DNA of 64,000 bases from Flavobacteriales bacterium (GTDB lineage: Bacteria; Bacteroidota; Bacteroidia; Flavobacteriales; JANQLC01), in assembly GCA_028280815.1 (NCBI GenBank), contig JANQLC010000008.1, positions 8,492 to 72,491 of the forward strand, given 5' to 3'. This document shows positions 1 to 8,981 of this stretch, one piece after another (within the stretch, counting starts at the first letter, position 1; each line of letters starts with the position of its first letter). The notes under the pieces are model-generated. The model was given only the letters and a program-made list of their open reading frames with translations. It was not told where the DNA came from and searched no databases. A program made the translations under genes and the position numbers.

Positions 1-287
1 GCCTCTGTCAGCCGTACGCGAAGACCCATTTCAAAGCGCAAACGGCGCTCCCCAGCTTCGATATTGGACTCCCCCCTTTGCTGATGGCTGCAGGTGGCAT
101 TGGTCCACAGCAGCGGCGAGTGGTATTTGTCAGCCGCGCGTTGTTGAAGCAGGAGCTGATCCCTATCGTTTGAGATAAACACCGAAAAGGCCCGATGCAA
201 CAAACCGATTCGGTGGGCTTGCCACTTATCCATCTCGCCCAATAGCCTATCGGACGCATCGACCAACAATACCTTATCCCGCTTCAA
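1..287 (-). CDS. idi: isopentenyl-diphosphate delta-isomerase type 1 (Nudix), N-terminal part; runs off the left edge
   Basis: Not in the ORF track because no stop lies in the window. My minus-strand translation is (TTG)KRDKVLLVDASDRLLGEMDKWQAHRIGLLHRAFSVFISNDRDQLLLQQRAADKYHSPLLWTNATCSHQQRGESNIEAGERRLRFEMG. This fits the IDI-1 pattern LHRAFS..LLQ.RA..K..P.LWTN..CSH...GE. TTG 287-285 overlaps the obg stop (TTGA). An alternative ATG lies at 233. Confidence 0.8.
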   Translation of the reverse strand, partial: MKRDKVLLVDASDRLLGEMDKWQAHRIGLLHRAFSVFISNDRDQLLLQQRAADKYHSPLLWTNATCSHQQRGESNIEAGERRLRFEMGLRVRLTE

Positions 288-1282
288 AACGCTTTATCCA
301 TTTTTTCCCATAACAGTTCTTTCAATACCTCCAACCCCTTTCCACTCCAGGCGGATAGGAATAAATCGGGCGTGCCGCTCGGAAAAAGAGCCGCTATTTT
401 TCGCTCCGATTTCGCATTGGATAAATCGGCTTTCGAAATGGCCACTACGCGCTCCTTATCCGATAATTGGGGGTTGTACTGCCGCAACTCGTGCAACAGG
501 ATCCGGTAGGACGCATAGGGGTCCGGGTCATCGGCAGGAATTAAGAACAACAACACAGCGCTTCGTTCCACATGTCTTAAAAAACGCTGTCCGAGTCCCT
601 TGCCCTGGGCAGCGCCTTCGATAAGCCCGGGTATATCGGCCATGACAAAAGATGCGCAATTGCGATGGCGTACCACACCGAGCTCAGGCCTGAGCGTGGT
701 AAAAGCAAAGTCGGCAATTCTAGGCTTGGCCGAAGTGAGGGCGGCGAGCAGGGTTGACTTGCCGGCGTTGGGAAAACCGACCAAACCGACATCGGCCAAC
801 ATCTTCAATTCGAGTACAAAGGCGGCTTTCCGACCGGCCGCTCCGGGTTGCGCATAGCGGGGCGTCTGCCGGGTGCTGCTGCGAAAATGCCAATTGCCCA
901 AGCCACCCTGCCCCCCTTCGATCAAAACCCGCTCTTCACCGTCTCGGGTCATTTCAAATAAGACCTCACCAGTCCGTGCATCTTTTACAAGTGTTCCCAG
1001 GGGGACTTCTACCACGGCATCCCTCCCATGGGCACCCGTGGCGCGTTGCTCACCCCCATTTTGGCCGCTAACGGCTTGGATACGACGCGCATATTTCAGA
1101 TGAAAAAGCGTTCCCCTTTGCGCGTTCCCGCGCAGAATCACATGGCCACCCCGGCCGCCATCCCCCCCATCGGGACCGCCTTTGGGCACGAATTTCTCAC
1201 GGCGCAGATGGGTCGAACCCGCTCCGCCCTGCCCGGACTGGGCACGGATCTCAATGCGGTCTATAAAGTCGGGGCTCAACAT
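284..1282 (-). CDS. obg: GTPase Obg/CgtA
   Basis: 332-aa ORF with a glycine-rich Obg fold (GGPDGGDGGRGGHVILR) and G1 motif GFPNAGKSTLL. ATG 1282 overlaps the adk stop. Confidence 0.95.
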   Translation of the reverse strand: MLSPDFIDRIEIRAQSGQGGAGSTHLRREKFVPKGGPDGGDGGRGGHVILRGNAQRGTLFHLKYARRIQAVSGQNGGEQRATGAHGRDAVVEVPLGTLVKDARTGEVLFEMTRDGEERVLIEGGQGGLGNWHFRSSTRQTPRYAQPGAAGRKAAFVLELKMLADVGLVGFPNAGKSTLLAALTSAKPRIADFAFTTLRPELGVVRHRNCASFVMADIPGLIEGAAQGKGLGQRFLRHVERSAVLLFLIPADDPDPYASYRILLHELRQYNPQLSDKERVVAISKADLSNAKSERKIAALFPSGTPDLFLSAWSGKGLEVLKELLWEKMDKAF

Positions 1283-1857
1283 GGCAATGCTCGATCGACA
1301 ATCCGGATTAAATGCGCGCTTATGGCATCGATAGAGCCTGTGCCATCGATGGATTCCAGTTTGTCCCGCCCCCTGTAATAACCCACCAAAGGGGCTCTCT
1401 TCTCATAGTAGGCTGCGATCCGGTCTCGAATCACCCTTTCGTCGCTGTCGTCTATCCGAGCGCCTTCCCGAGCTCGCTTGCGCAACCGGGCTAGCAAATC
1501 TGCATCGGCTACCTCGAGTGAAAGCGCCTTTAAAACGCAGGCACCACTCTGATCCAAAAAATCGTCAAGGGCGCTCGCCTGTGCCAAGGTACGGGGAAAG
1601 CCATCGAATACAAAGCCCTTGACATCGACATGTCGGCTTACCGCTTCTTTGAGCATGTCAGTCGTCAGTTCGTCGGGCACGAGTCGCCCCTTATCCATAT
1701 AACCCTTGGCCAAACGGCCCAATCGGGTTTGCCTGCCGATGTGATGCCGAAACATAGCACCGGTGGACAGGTGTTCCAAACCGTAATGGGCGGCGAGACG
1801 CTCGGCTTGCGTGCCTTTGCCCGCGCCGGGCGGACCCAATAAGACGAGGTGGATCAC
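1276..1857 (-). CDS. adk: adenylate kinase
   Basis: The P-loop LLGPPGAGKGTQ follows a GTG at 1857 that overlaps the hpt stop (ATGTGA). The longer track ORF (to 2055) overlaps hpt and its extra N-terminus is not Adk-like. Confidence 0.9.
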   Translation of the reverse strand: MIHLVLLGPPGAGKGTQAERLAAHYGLEHLSTGAMFRHHIGRQTRLGRLAKGYMDKGRLVPDELTTDMLKEAVSRHVDVKGFVFDGFPRTLAQASALDDFLDQSGACVLKALSLEVADADLLARLRKRAREGARIDDSDERVIRDRIAAYYEKRAPLVGYYRGRDKLESIDGTGSIDAISAHLIRIVDRALPC

Positions 1858-2396
1858 ATCTCTTCTCTCAATTGGTAAATAGCTCTTAAATTCCTGCCCA
1901 AGCCATTGTAATCCAATCCATAGCCTACGACAAATCGATTGGGGATCACCCGGCCGATTCGGCTGATCGGCAAAGTCCCTTCGTAGGCGCCGGACTTCAC
2001 GAACAAGGCGATTACACGTACGGATTTCGCCCCTCGATCGGTAAACAGTTCCCAAATGCGTTGCAAGGTTTTTCCACTATCCACGACGTCTTCCAAGATG
2101 ACGACCGTACGGTTGGTCAAGTCCTCGTCTATGTCGAGTAGGGTTTTTATCTCGCCCTTGGACTTCACGCCCTCATAAGAGGCGAGGCGAACAAATGAAA
2201 TCTCACAGGCGGATTCGTAGTAGCGGATGAAATCCGCAAAAAACATGATGGCCCCATTTAACACCCCTATGAAGAGGGGCGTCTCACCCTGCAGTTCGGA
2301 CTGAAGCCCGCGCGCCACCCCCTGGACCAGCGACTGAATTTCCGATTCACCGAGGTAGTGTTCAAAGGTTTTGCCGAGCAGCTCAATGGATTTCAC
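1854..2396 (-). CDS. hpt: hypoxanthine phosphoribosyltransferase
   Basis: 180 aa with PRPP-binding motif VVILEDVVDSGKTL. GTG start at 2396. Confidence 0.92.
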   Translation of the reverse strand: MKSIELLGKTFEHYLGESEIQSLVQGVARGLQSELQGETPLFIGVLNGAIMFFADFIRYYESACEISFVRLASYEGVKSKGEIKTLLDIDEDLTNRTVVILEDVVDSGKTLQRIWELFTDRGAKSVRVIALFVKSGAYEGTLPISRIGRVIPNRFVVGYGLDYNGLGRNLRAIYQLREEM

Positions 2397-2409
2397 GGCT
2401 TAAAAAAGG

Positions 2410-2417
2410 CAAATGTA
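2410..2417 (-). promoter_or_regulatory. candidate Bacteroidota -7 box (TACATTTG) for hpt-adk-obg-idi
   Basis: Exact match to TAnnTTTG on the minus strand, 14 nt upstream of the hpt GTG. Confidence 0.4.
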
Positions 2418-2711
2418 CGCTTTTCTAAGAGTCTATAGCAGCTGCAAGGGGGCTCGTCTCACAGGCGTAAAAGACCCCCTTAAAAATCGGGAGGCGAAAG
2501 TCCCTTCGCCACACTTTGAAAACGCGGAGGCTGCTCAGCCTTTAAATCGTGGGGCGCCTTGGCCCCAATTGATCCAAAGGGGCCAATGCTTAAAAAGCCG
2601 CTGCGACTCCTATCACAGATAAGGGCCGGCATTTGGAAAACGATGCCTTTGTCAGGCAGTGGATAAATCCCACAATTTTTTACTAATATAGCGGCAAATT
2701 CGCTACGGTCT

Positions 2712-3347
2712 ATGGAAGCCGAACGAGCAAAGCGCTACGCGACCGAACACTCGGAGCCCGAACCGCCCTTACTGCAGGAACTCAGCCGAGAAACCGCCGA
2801 AAAGGGCTGGGACTTACGCACGCTTTCGGGGCACTACCAAGGACGGCTGCTCGCCCTGCTGTCCAAGATGATACGCCCGAACTGCGTCTTGGAAATCGGC
2901 ACCTATACGGGCTATTCGGCGCTTTGCTTAGTCGAAGGACTGGCTCCTGGGGGCAGGCTGATCACCATAGATAAGAACGAGAAATGGCAATCCCTATCGG
3001 GTAAATACTTTGAGCGATCCCCGTACAAGGATCAAATCAAGCCGCTGACCGGCCCGGCCTTGGAAGTGATACCCGACCTAAATGAGCAGTTTGACCTGGT
3101 CTTTATCGATGCGGATAAGCGCAACTACGTCGCGTATTTCAATTTGGTCATCGATAGGATGAACCCCGGCGGGGTGCTGCTCTCCGACAATGTATTGTGG
3201 TATGGAAAAGTCTTAGAAACAGCCAAAAGGGACGACATCAATACGCAAACCCTACAAAAATTCAATGCGATCTTGGCGGTGGACAAGCGCTTGGAAACCC
3301 TGATGCTCCCCATTCGGGACGGCTTGTCCATCAGTCGGGTCAAATAG
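2712..3347 (+). CDS. class I SAM-dependent O-methyltransferase (caffeoyl-CoA OMT/YrrM-like)
   Basis: 211 aa. VLEIGTYTGYSAL (SAM motif I) and FDLVFIDADKRNY are typical of this family. Confidence 0.85.
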   Translation: MEAERAKRYATEHSEPEPPLLQELSRETAEKGWDLRTLSGHYQGRLLALLSKMIRPNCVLEIGTYTGYSALCLVEGLAPGGRLITIDKNEKWQSLSGKYFERSPYKDQIKPLTGPALEVIPDLNEQFDLVFIDADKRNYVAYFNLVIDRMNPGGVLLSDNVLWYGKVLETAKRDDINTQTLQKFNAILAVDKRLETLMLPIRDGLSISRVK

Positions 3348-3391
3348 CCTGATACGCCGAGGAGTCGATCTCGTTCTGCGACGAGTAAAAG

Positions 3392-3420
3392 CAAAAAAAG
3401 GCTGCCTCAACGGGCAGCCT
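3392..3420 (-). terminator. rho-independent terminator
   Basis: Minus strand reads AGGCTGCC-cgttga-GGCAGCCT followed by TTTTTTT, 14 nt after the stop of the 3434..3847 gene. Confidence 0.6.
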
Positions 3421-3433
3421 AGTAGGGGTTTAA

Positions 3434-3847
3434 TCAATTCTCAACTCGTAGGTCTGCGCTAAACGATGTTCTATCGAATTGCTTTATGGTAAATTTGCCT
3501 GTACTGCCTGGAACAGGTGTTTTACCGGGTTCGCATAGAACATTATATTTAAGCATACTAGTATGATATTTAAGCTCACCAGTCTCAGGATCTGTACCAC
3601 GTAGTGCTGGTGGGTCGAAATGGAGAAGTTCTGTAGTAAAATTTGTTACAGTAGTAGCAGCCTGTACATCCATTACATTATCTCCTGTAACCTTTGTCCC
3701 CTCAAGGTTGGAAGGTATGGTGTTGAAGCTAAGTGTTGTTGCACCAGCTGCTGATTTGGAAATTTTCGGAATCGGAATCGGATCTTCTAATGTAAGACTT
3801 ATAATCCATTCTGGACCATCCATCAGACCGCCACTTACCACTCTCAA
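3434..3847 (-). CDS. hypothetical protein (low-GC islet)
   Basis: 137-aa ORF with a TTG start in the track; an internal ATG 8 codons later is also possible. No recognisable motif or signal peptide. Followed by a clean terminator. Confidence 0.5.
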   Translation of the reverse strand: MRVVSGGLMDGPEWIISLTLEDPIPIPKISKSAAGATTLSFNTIPSNLEGTKVTGDNVMDVQAATTVTNFTTELLHFDPPALRGTDPETGELKYHTSMLKYNVLCEPGKTPVPGSTGKFTIKQFDRTSFSADLRVEN

Positions 3848-3869
3848 TCCGTATCCGTTTACTGAATCC

Positions 3870-4259
3870 TTAAGTTAGATAGTGCTTCCCTCCGTCAACA
3901 AGTTCACCATCGTCTTTGTAAACATATTGAACCTCGCCTGTTGCTGGAGTAACATGAGCTTCTTTTGATGTAGAAGCATCGGGCATGCGGGCTATTAAAT
4001 ATATATCCCTAAAATCACCTATCATATTACCATTTTTATCATACTCTCGTACTTCGTATGGAAAATACGATTCCATTGAACTAACAGCACCTGAACTACC
4101 GATCGGAGCCGTCGCTGCAGCACCGTTCCTAGTAAAATACGCTTTTGTGCCATCTGCTAAACCCTGAGCGAGTGTCTCTGATAGGGTTAGCTTTCTCCGG
4201 CACGAGTCATCGTCACTACACCCAACGAGCAAAAGCACTGATATGGATGTTAAAATCAA
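3870..4259 (-). CDS. putative lipoprotein (low-GC islet)
   Basis: The N-terminus ILTSISVLLLVGCSDDD has a lipobox-like LVGC. TTG start in the track. An ATG at 4279 is one frame off, across an A6 tract (see findings). Confidence 0.55.
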   Translation of the reverse strand: MILTSISVLLLVGCSDDDSCRRKLTLSETLAQGLADGTKAYFTRNGAAATAPIGSSGAVSSMESYFPYEVREYDKNGNMIGDFRDIYLIARMPDASTSKEAHVTPATGEVQYVYKDDGELVDGGKHYLT

Positions 4260-4482
4260 TACTTTTTTCTGATTTTCATATTGATGACAAATCCAAAGAA
4301 ATTATTTAAATACAAATAAATCTCTCTTTGATCCATCAAGGGCTTGTTATCCACGGCTTGCCAAAGGGCTTGAGTCAAACACCCAAATCCCGGTAACAAA
4401 AACGACAAAAATGAAACCCCAAACACACGCAGTCAAAGCCTTACAAACACAAATAAAACCCTCCGTTCGAGACCCTGGGCCT

Positions 4483-5067
4483 TCAGTCGCGTGAAGGGCA
4501 CCCACGAAATCCCGTACAATCCAAAACACCTGCATACAAACGGTAAAAAACCCAAGCGGACAGCAGGCCGAAAAGCCCGCCGCACAAAATGTCGAGGGGA
4601 AAATGGACGCCGAGGTAAACCCGGCTATAGGCCACGACACCCGCCCAGAGCCACATCGCATAAACCCATTTTGAAGTGCGCCTCAAGACCCACATCATAA
4701 AACCCGCCAATCCAAAAGCGTTTCCCGCATGCCCGCTGGTAAAGCCGTAGGGGCCACCGCAATGGGTCGCAACCAAGCGCACAACACCTGACAACTGCGG
4801 GTCATAACAGGGGCGCAGCCGCTGTAAGCCAATCTTAATCAAACCGGTAACCTGATCTGTAAAGCCGAAGAGCAACAGGGCAAACAAAAGGGCTAAGCCC
4901 CCCTGCCGCCAGCCCAATTTCCACAGCAGCAAAAGGGCGAGCAACCCGTACAAGGGAATCCAAGAACGCTCAGCGGTGGCGAAAAGCCAAAAGCCATCCC
5001 ACTGGGCATTGCCCAGGTGGTTCAAGTGTAAAAACAGGCGCTTGTCGAGCTGAATGAGTTTTTCCAC
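4483..5067 (-). CDS. PAP2-family phosphatase (membrane)
   Basis: 194 aa with the three PAP2 motifs KIGLQRLRP, TSGH and SRVYLGVHFPLD. Confidence 0.85.
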   Translation of the reverse strand: MEKLIQLDKRLFLHLNHLGNAQWDGFWLFATAERSWIPLYGLLALLLLWKLGWRQGGLALLFALLLFGFTDQVTGLIKIGLQRLRPCYDPQLSGVVRLVATHCGGPYGFTSGHAGNAFGLAGFMMWVLRRTSKWVYAMWLWAGVVAYSRVYLGVHFPLDILCGGLFGLLSAWVFYRLYAGVLDCTGFRGCPSRD

Positions 5068-5408
5068 TACGAAGTGCGCTTTTCCGAACCGGGGGAGCCG
5101 ACTCCCCCGGCCGTTTCATCGCTTTGATCCGCCAAAGACTTTGCGGTACCCAGGCTGTCCTCTTCAACAGCGGTTTTTAGGTCGCGATCCACCCGCTTAA
5201 ACCCATCCCTAACCGCCTTGAGATCGGCGTTTTTATCCACCTGTGAGAGCACCTCCGATTTGATGTCCTCGGTAACCTGTCTGATATGGCGGAGTCCCTC
5301 GCCGAGACCCCTGGCCATTTCGGGTAGCTTATCCGTGCCGAATAAGAGCACCACAACCAAGAGGACGAAGAAGACTTCTGTCGTTCCGATAAAGAGAAAG
5401 GGCGCCAC
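5067..5408 (-). CDS. tatA: twin-arginine translocase TatA/TatE family subunit
   Basis: 113 aa with an N-terminal TM helix then an amphipathic helix (VVVLLFGTDKLPEMARGLGEGL). GTG start. The stop overlaps the next start by 1 nt. Confidence 0.85.
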   Translation of the reverse strand: MAPFLFIGTTEVFFVLLVVVLLFGTDKLPEMARGLGEGLRHIRQVTEDIKSEVLSQVDKNADLKAVRDGFKRVDRDLKTAVEEDSLGTAKSLADQSDETAGGVGSPGSEKRTS

Positions 5409-5430
5409 GCGTTGCGAATCAATTGTCGCC

Positions 5431-5438
5431 CAAAATTA
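5431..5438 (-). promoter_or_regulatory. candidate -7 box (TAATTTTG) for tatA
   Basis: TAnnTTTG match on the minus strand, 22 nt upstream of the tatA GTG. Confidence 0.4.
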
Positions 5439-5530
5439 CAAAAAGCCTATGGAATAGACCCAGTGGGGTATAAAGCGCTGTGTATCCCCCTTACAGCCAC
5501 CCCCAACCATCAAAACAAAACCCCGCCTCT

Positions 5531-8512
5531 TCAGCGCCATTTCTTATCCCTGTCGGCTCGGTTGAAATCATACATGATCGGCGTGGCGATAAACACCGAT
5601 GAATAGGTGCCCACGACGACCCCGAGCATAATCGCAAACACGAAGCCCCTGATGTTTTCCCCCCCAAAGCAGAAGATGATCAACAGGACGAAAAAGGTCG
5701 TCAACGAGGTGTTCAGGGTTCGGCTTAACGTGCTGCTGACGGCCGCATTGACCTGGGCGCCAAAACTACGTCTCACCCCACCTTTAAAGTACTCCCGAAT
5801 GCGGTCGAATACGACCACGGTATCGTTCAGCGAATAGCCGATCACCGTGAGGATGGCGGCGACAAAAGCCTGATCGATCTCCAAGGAAAAGGGAACCCAT
5901 CCGTGAAGCAGCGAAAAGATACCCAATACGACTAAGGAATCGTGAAATACGGCGATGACGGCACCCGCGCTAAACTGCCACCTCGCAAAGCGCATCAAAA
6001 TATAGAGGAATACCCCCGCCAGGGAGAACAGCACCGCCCATAGGGCGCCTTTCTGAATGTCGTCCGCAATCGTAGGGCCTACCTTTATCGACTGCACAAT
6101 CCCATAGGGGCTGTCGCTCGCGGGGGTTTTAAATCGATCCAAGGTGTAACCGGTCGGCAGATAGGCCTTGAGCCCATCGTACAACTTTTGAACGATTTCA
6201 TCGTCCACCGCTGTGCTTTCCGCATCAATCTTATACTTGGTGGTGATCTGCACCTGGTCGTCCCCGCCAAATGTCTTTACCGACGGCCGAACGGGGTTGC
6301 CATCGGCATCGACAAATCGCTTGGCCAAAGCATCGGCCAGATCTCGGGTGGAAACCGGTTTGTCAAAACGAACCGTATAGGTGCGACCGCCTAAGAAATC
6401 GACGCCGAAGTCCAAGCGCCTTACAAATAGGGAAACCATGCTGACGAGGATCAAAAGGAGGGAGAGGGCGTAGCTGAGCCTTCGCTTGCCCAAGAAGTCG
6501 AACTCAGCGTTTTGAAACCAGTTCTCGGTGAGTCGGGTGTAAAAGCGCAGCCCCTTGCCCTTGTTCAACCGGGCTTCGATAAAGAGACGACTCAGCAAAA
6601 CAGCGGTGAACAAAGCGGTCAAAATGCCGATGATCAAAGTGGTGGCAAAGCCCCGAATCGGACCGGTACCGAATACATACAATATAATGCCGGTCAACAA
6701 GGTGGTGACATTGGCATCCAAAATGGAGGAAAGCGCATATCGGTAACCGTCGTTAACGGCTTGTTTCAAGCCCTTGCCCTTGCGCAATTCTTCCTTGACG
6801 CGTTCGTAGATCAACACGTTTGCGTCCACGGACATGCCGATCGTCAGGACGATACCCGCCATGCCCGGCAGGGTCAATACCGCGTGTAGGGAAGCCAAAA
6901 CGCCAAACAGGAACAAGAGGTTGGCCACCAGGGCCAAATCGGCAAAGAAACCGGCCAGGGCATAATAAAATATCATATAGAGGAGCACAACCGCCAGGGC
7001 GATGACAAAGGATCGCAAACCGGCGCGTATGGATTCCCCTCCCAAGGAAGGCCCCACTATTTCCGCCTCTACGATATGGGCGGGTGCGGGGAGCTTGCCC
7101 GCATTGAGCTTGGTAGCCAAATCCTGGGCCTCGGCCACGCTAAAGTGGCCTGAAATCTCGGAACGCCCCCCCGAAATGGCGCCCGAACTGACACCCGGCG
7201 CCGAATAGACGATGTCGTCTAAAACGATGGCGATGGCCGTCCCACCTTGATAGGCTGCGCCCGTCATCTTTTCCCAAATGCGCGCCCCCTTGGCGTCCAT
7301 CTGCATGGTGACGATGGGACGGCCATCTCTCGGGTTGAATTGCTGCTGGGCGTCTACAATGACACCGCCGCTGAGCGGGGCCCGGTCCCTTCGATTGGAT
7401 TTTACCGCATACAAGGGGATGCGTCCACCCGCATCGGGATCGGGCATGCCCCAGAGGAATTTGGCCAATTTAAATCGGGTCGGCAGGTTTTCACGAAACC
7501 GACGCATAGCCACGCATCGGCCTATCTCGGCCGTATCCTGGGTAGCGACGTAAAAGAGCTCCGGCCGATTGGGCGTGCCCAATCGTTTCACCAACGAAGC
7601 GATCGGCCCTCGATCCACGTGCAGGTGTGTCGTATCGGCTTCCTCAGACCGGGCCAAAAGCGAGTCCACCACCGAGCGCTTCTCGGTTTCCCTACCCTTT
7701 ACAGTCTCTTGGGTTTCCAACTGCGCTTTGACGACACTTCTCAGCTTTCGATCGGCCTGAAAAAAGGCAGGCCCGATTTGGGATGCGTTATAGGCATGCC
7801 AAAACTGCAGCTGCGCAGTGCTCTGCAAGAGTTTTTTAACGCGCGCCACATCCTTTACACCGGGCAATTCGACCAAGATGCGACCCGAGGTGCCGATGCG
7901 CTGAATATGGGGTTGTGCCACGCCGAACTTATCGATCCGGGCGCGCAAAACGCTGAAGGCATTGTCCACAGCGGCATTGACTTTGGCGCGGATAACGCGT
8001 TCCACCGCCTCATTGGAATCTCCAGGGGCGATCTGCCCACTCAGGTCCCGGGTTCCAAAAACCGCAGCCGAGGACAGGGAGATATGAGACTGGGCACTCG
8101 CTGCTTCAAAACTTTCAAAAAACAGGTCCAGATAGCTCTGTTGACTGGTCTTTTGCGCCTGAGAAGCGCCGTCCAAAGCGGTGAGAAAAGTGGGATTGTG
8201 CGAATGATTGGCCAGGGACTTTAAAATATCCTTCACGGATATCTGGAGGACGACGTTGATTCCGCCCTTCAGGTCCAACCCCAGGTTCACCTCGTTGTTG
8301 CGGGCTTCCCGATACGTGATGCCGGGGAGCCAAGCGACGGCTCGCTTACCGGCCACAGAATCCAAATAGAACTGTCGCCTGTCAGCATGGCCCTTGGCAT
8401 ACAGACGGGCTTTGCGCTCCACGCTGCGCGCGATAAAGGTAAAGCTGAGCTGATAGATGCAAATGATCGCCAGCAGGATGGCAAAGAGCCCGGTAATGCC
8501 CTTATTTCGCAT
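5531..8512 (-). CDS. secDF: protein translocase subunit SecDF (fused)
   Basis: 993-aa single polypeptide with SecD-like and SecF-like membrane halves. This fusion is typical of Bacteroidota. Confidence 0.95.
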   Translation of the reverse strand: MRNKGITGLFAILLAIICIYQLSFTFIARSVERKARLYAKGHADRRQFYLDSVAGKRAVAWLPGITYREARNNEVNLGLDLKGGINVVLQISVKDILKSLANHSHNPTFLTALDGASQAQKTSQQSYLDLFFESFEAASAQSHISLSSAAVFGTRDLSGQIAPGDSNEAVERVIRAKVNAAVDNAFSVLRARIDKFGVAQPHIQRIGTSGRILVELPGVKDVARVKKLLQSTAQLQFWHAYNASQIGPAFFQADRKLRSVVKAQLETQETVKGRETEKRSVVDSLLARSEEADTTHLHVDRGPIASLVKRLGTPNRPELFYVATQDTAEIGRCVAMRRFRENLPTRFKLAKFLWGMPDPDAGGRIPLYAVKSNRRDRAPLSGGVIVDAQQQFNPRDGRPIVTMQMDAKGARIWEKMTGAAYQGGTAIAIVLDDIVYSAPGVSSGAISGGRSEISGHFSVAEAQDLATKLNAGKLPAPAHIVEAEIVGPSLGGESIRAGLRSFVIALAVVLLYMIFYYALAGFFADLALVANLLFLFGVLASLHAVLTLPGMAGIVLTIGMSVDANVLIYERVKEELRKGKGLKQAVNDGYRYALSSILDANVTTLLTGIILYVFGTGPIRGFATTLIIGILTALFTAVLLSRLFIEARLNKGKGLRFYTRLTENWFQNAEFDFLGKRRLSYALSLLLILVSMVSLFVRRLDFGVDFLGGRTYTVRFDKPVSTRDLADALAKRFVDADGNPVRPSVKTFGGDDQVQITTKYKIDAESTAVDDEIVQKLYDGLKAYLPTGYTLDRFKTPASDSPYGIVQSIKVGPTIADDIQKGALWAVLFSLAGVFLYILMRFARWQFSAGAVIAVFHDSLVVLGIFSLLHGWVPFSLEIDQAFVAAILTVIGYSLNDTVVVFDRIREYFKGGVRRSFGAQVNAAVSSTLSRTLNTSLTTFFVLLIIFCFGGENIRGFVFAIMLGVVVGTYSSVFIATPIMYDFNRADRDKKWR

Positions 8513-8537
8513 GCCGTTCCAATTTTAAGAAGCGAAG

Positions 8538-8545
8538 CAAATATA
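8538..8545 (-). promoter_or_regulatory. candidate -7 box (TATATTTG) for secDF
   Basis: TAnnTTTG match on the minus strand, 25 nt upstream of ATG 8512. It lies between the gene and the A+C-rich island. Confidence 0.4.
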
Positions 8546-8589
8546 TAAAAACGCCGACCAAATCCCTTTGCTTATGCCCCTCAGTCGAT

Positions 8590-8975
8590 CGCATGGGACA
8601 AACCACCCCCTAGTGAAAGCAGGAATTAAACCCACCGACCGACCCAATCCGCCAAGCCAGTCCAAGCAAGCCAACCCATTCAAGCCACAACCGCAAAGCC
8701 ACCCTTTCAAGCCGACTCACCTAAGCAAGCCAATCCAAGTCCTAGGTCGATCAAATCAGGACAGCCCAAGCCGCCAAGCCAAGCAAAACAAGCCAAATCC
8801 GTTAGTCCAATCCAAACCGCTCAGGCAACCCAATCAAGAGAATTAAAACTACCGAGCCAAGTAAACCAAGTCAACCTATCAAATCCACCGACCGACCCAA
8901 TCCGTCAACCAACCTACGATATACACCAAATCGCCACCCACCGGCCAACCGATTCCGACAAATCGAACCGCGGAT
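8590..8975. repeat. strand-asymmetric intergenic island 1 (A+C-rich on + strand)
   Basis: My count of 8641-8700 is A21 C26 G9 T4. Contains a 20-bp direct repeat (8632-8651 / 8885-8904) and words shared with islands 2 and 3. Confidence 0.7.
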
Positions 8976-8981
8976 TGAGCC

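Noticed and set aside
3-173. Plus-strand open frame ending at TGA 171-173, a possible 3' end of a + strand gene
   Set aside because: The same bases are better explained by the minus-strand idi frame, which has clear family motifs.
8-259. 83-aa minus-strand ORF at the left edge
   Set aside because: Its translation is Cys-rich and unlike any family. Another minus-strand frame over the same bases gives a clear IDI-1 N-terminus, so this ORF is a shadow frame.
7247-8224. 325-aa plus-strand ORF, and many others antisense to secDF, rpoB, rpoC, uvrB (for example 26005..26703), tuf, eno and PRODH
   Set aside because: They are shadow ORFs opposite long, well-supported genes in moderately GC-rich DNA. 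Their translations have no motifs.
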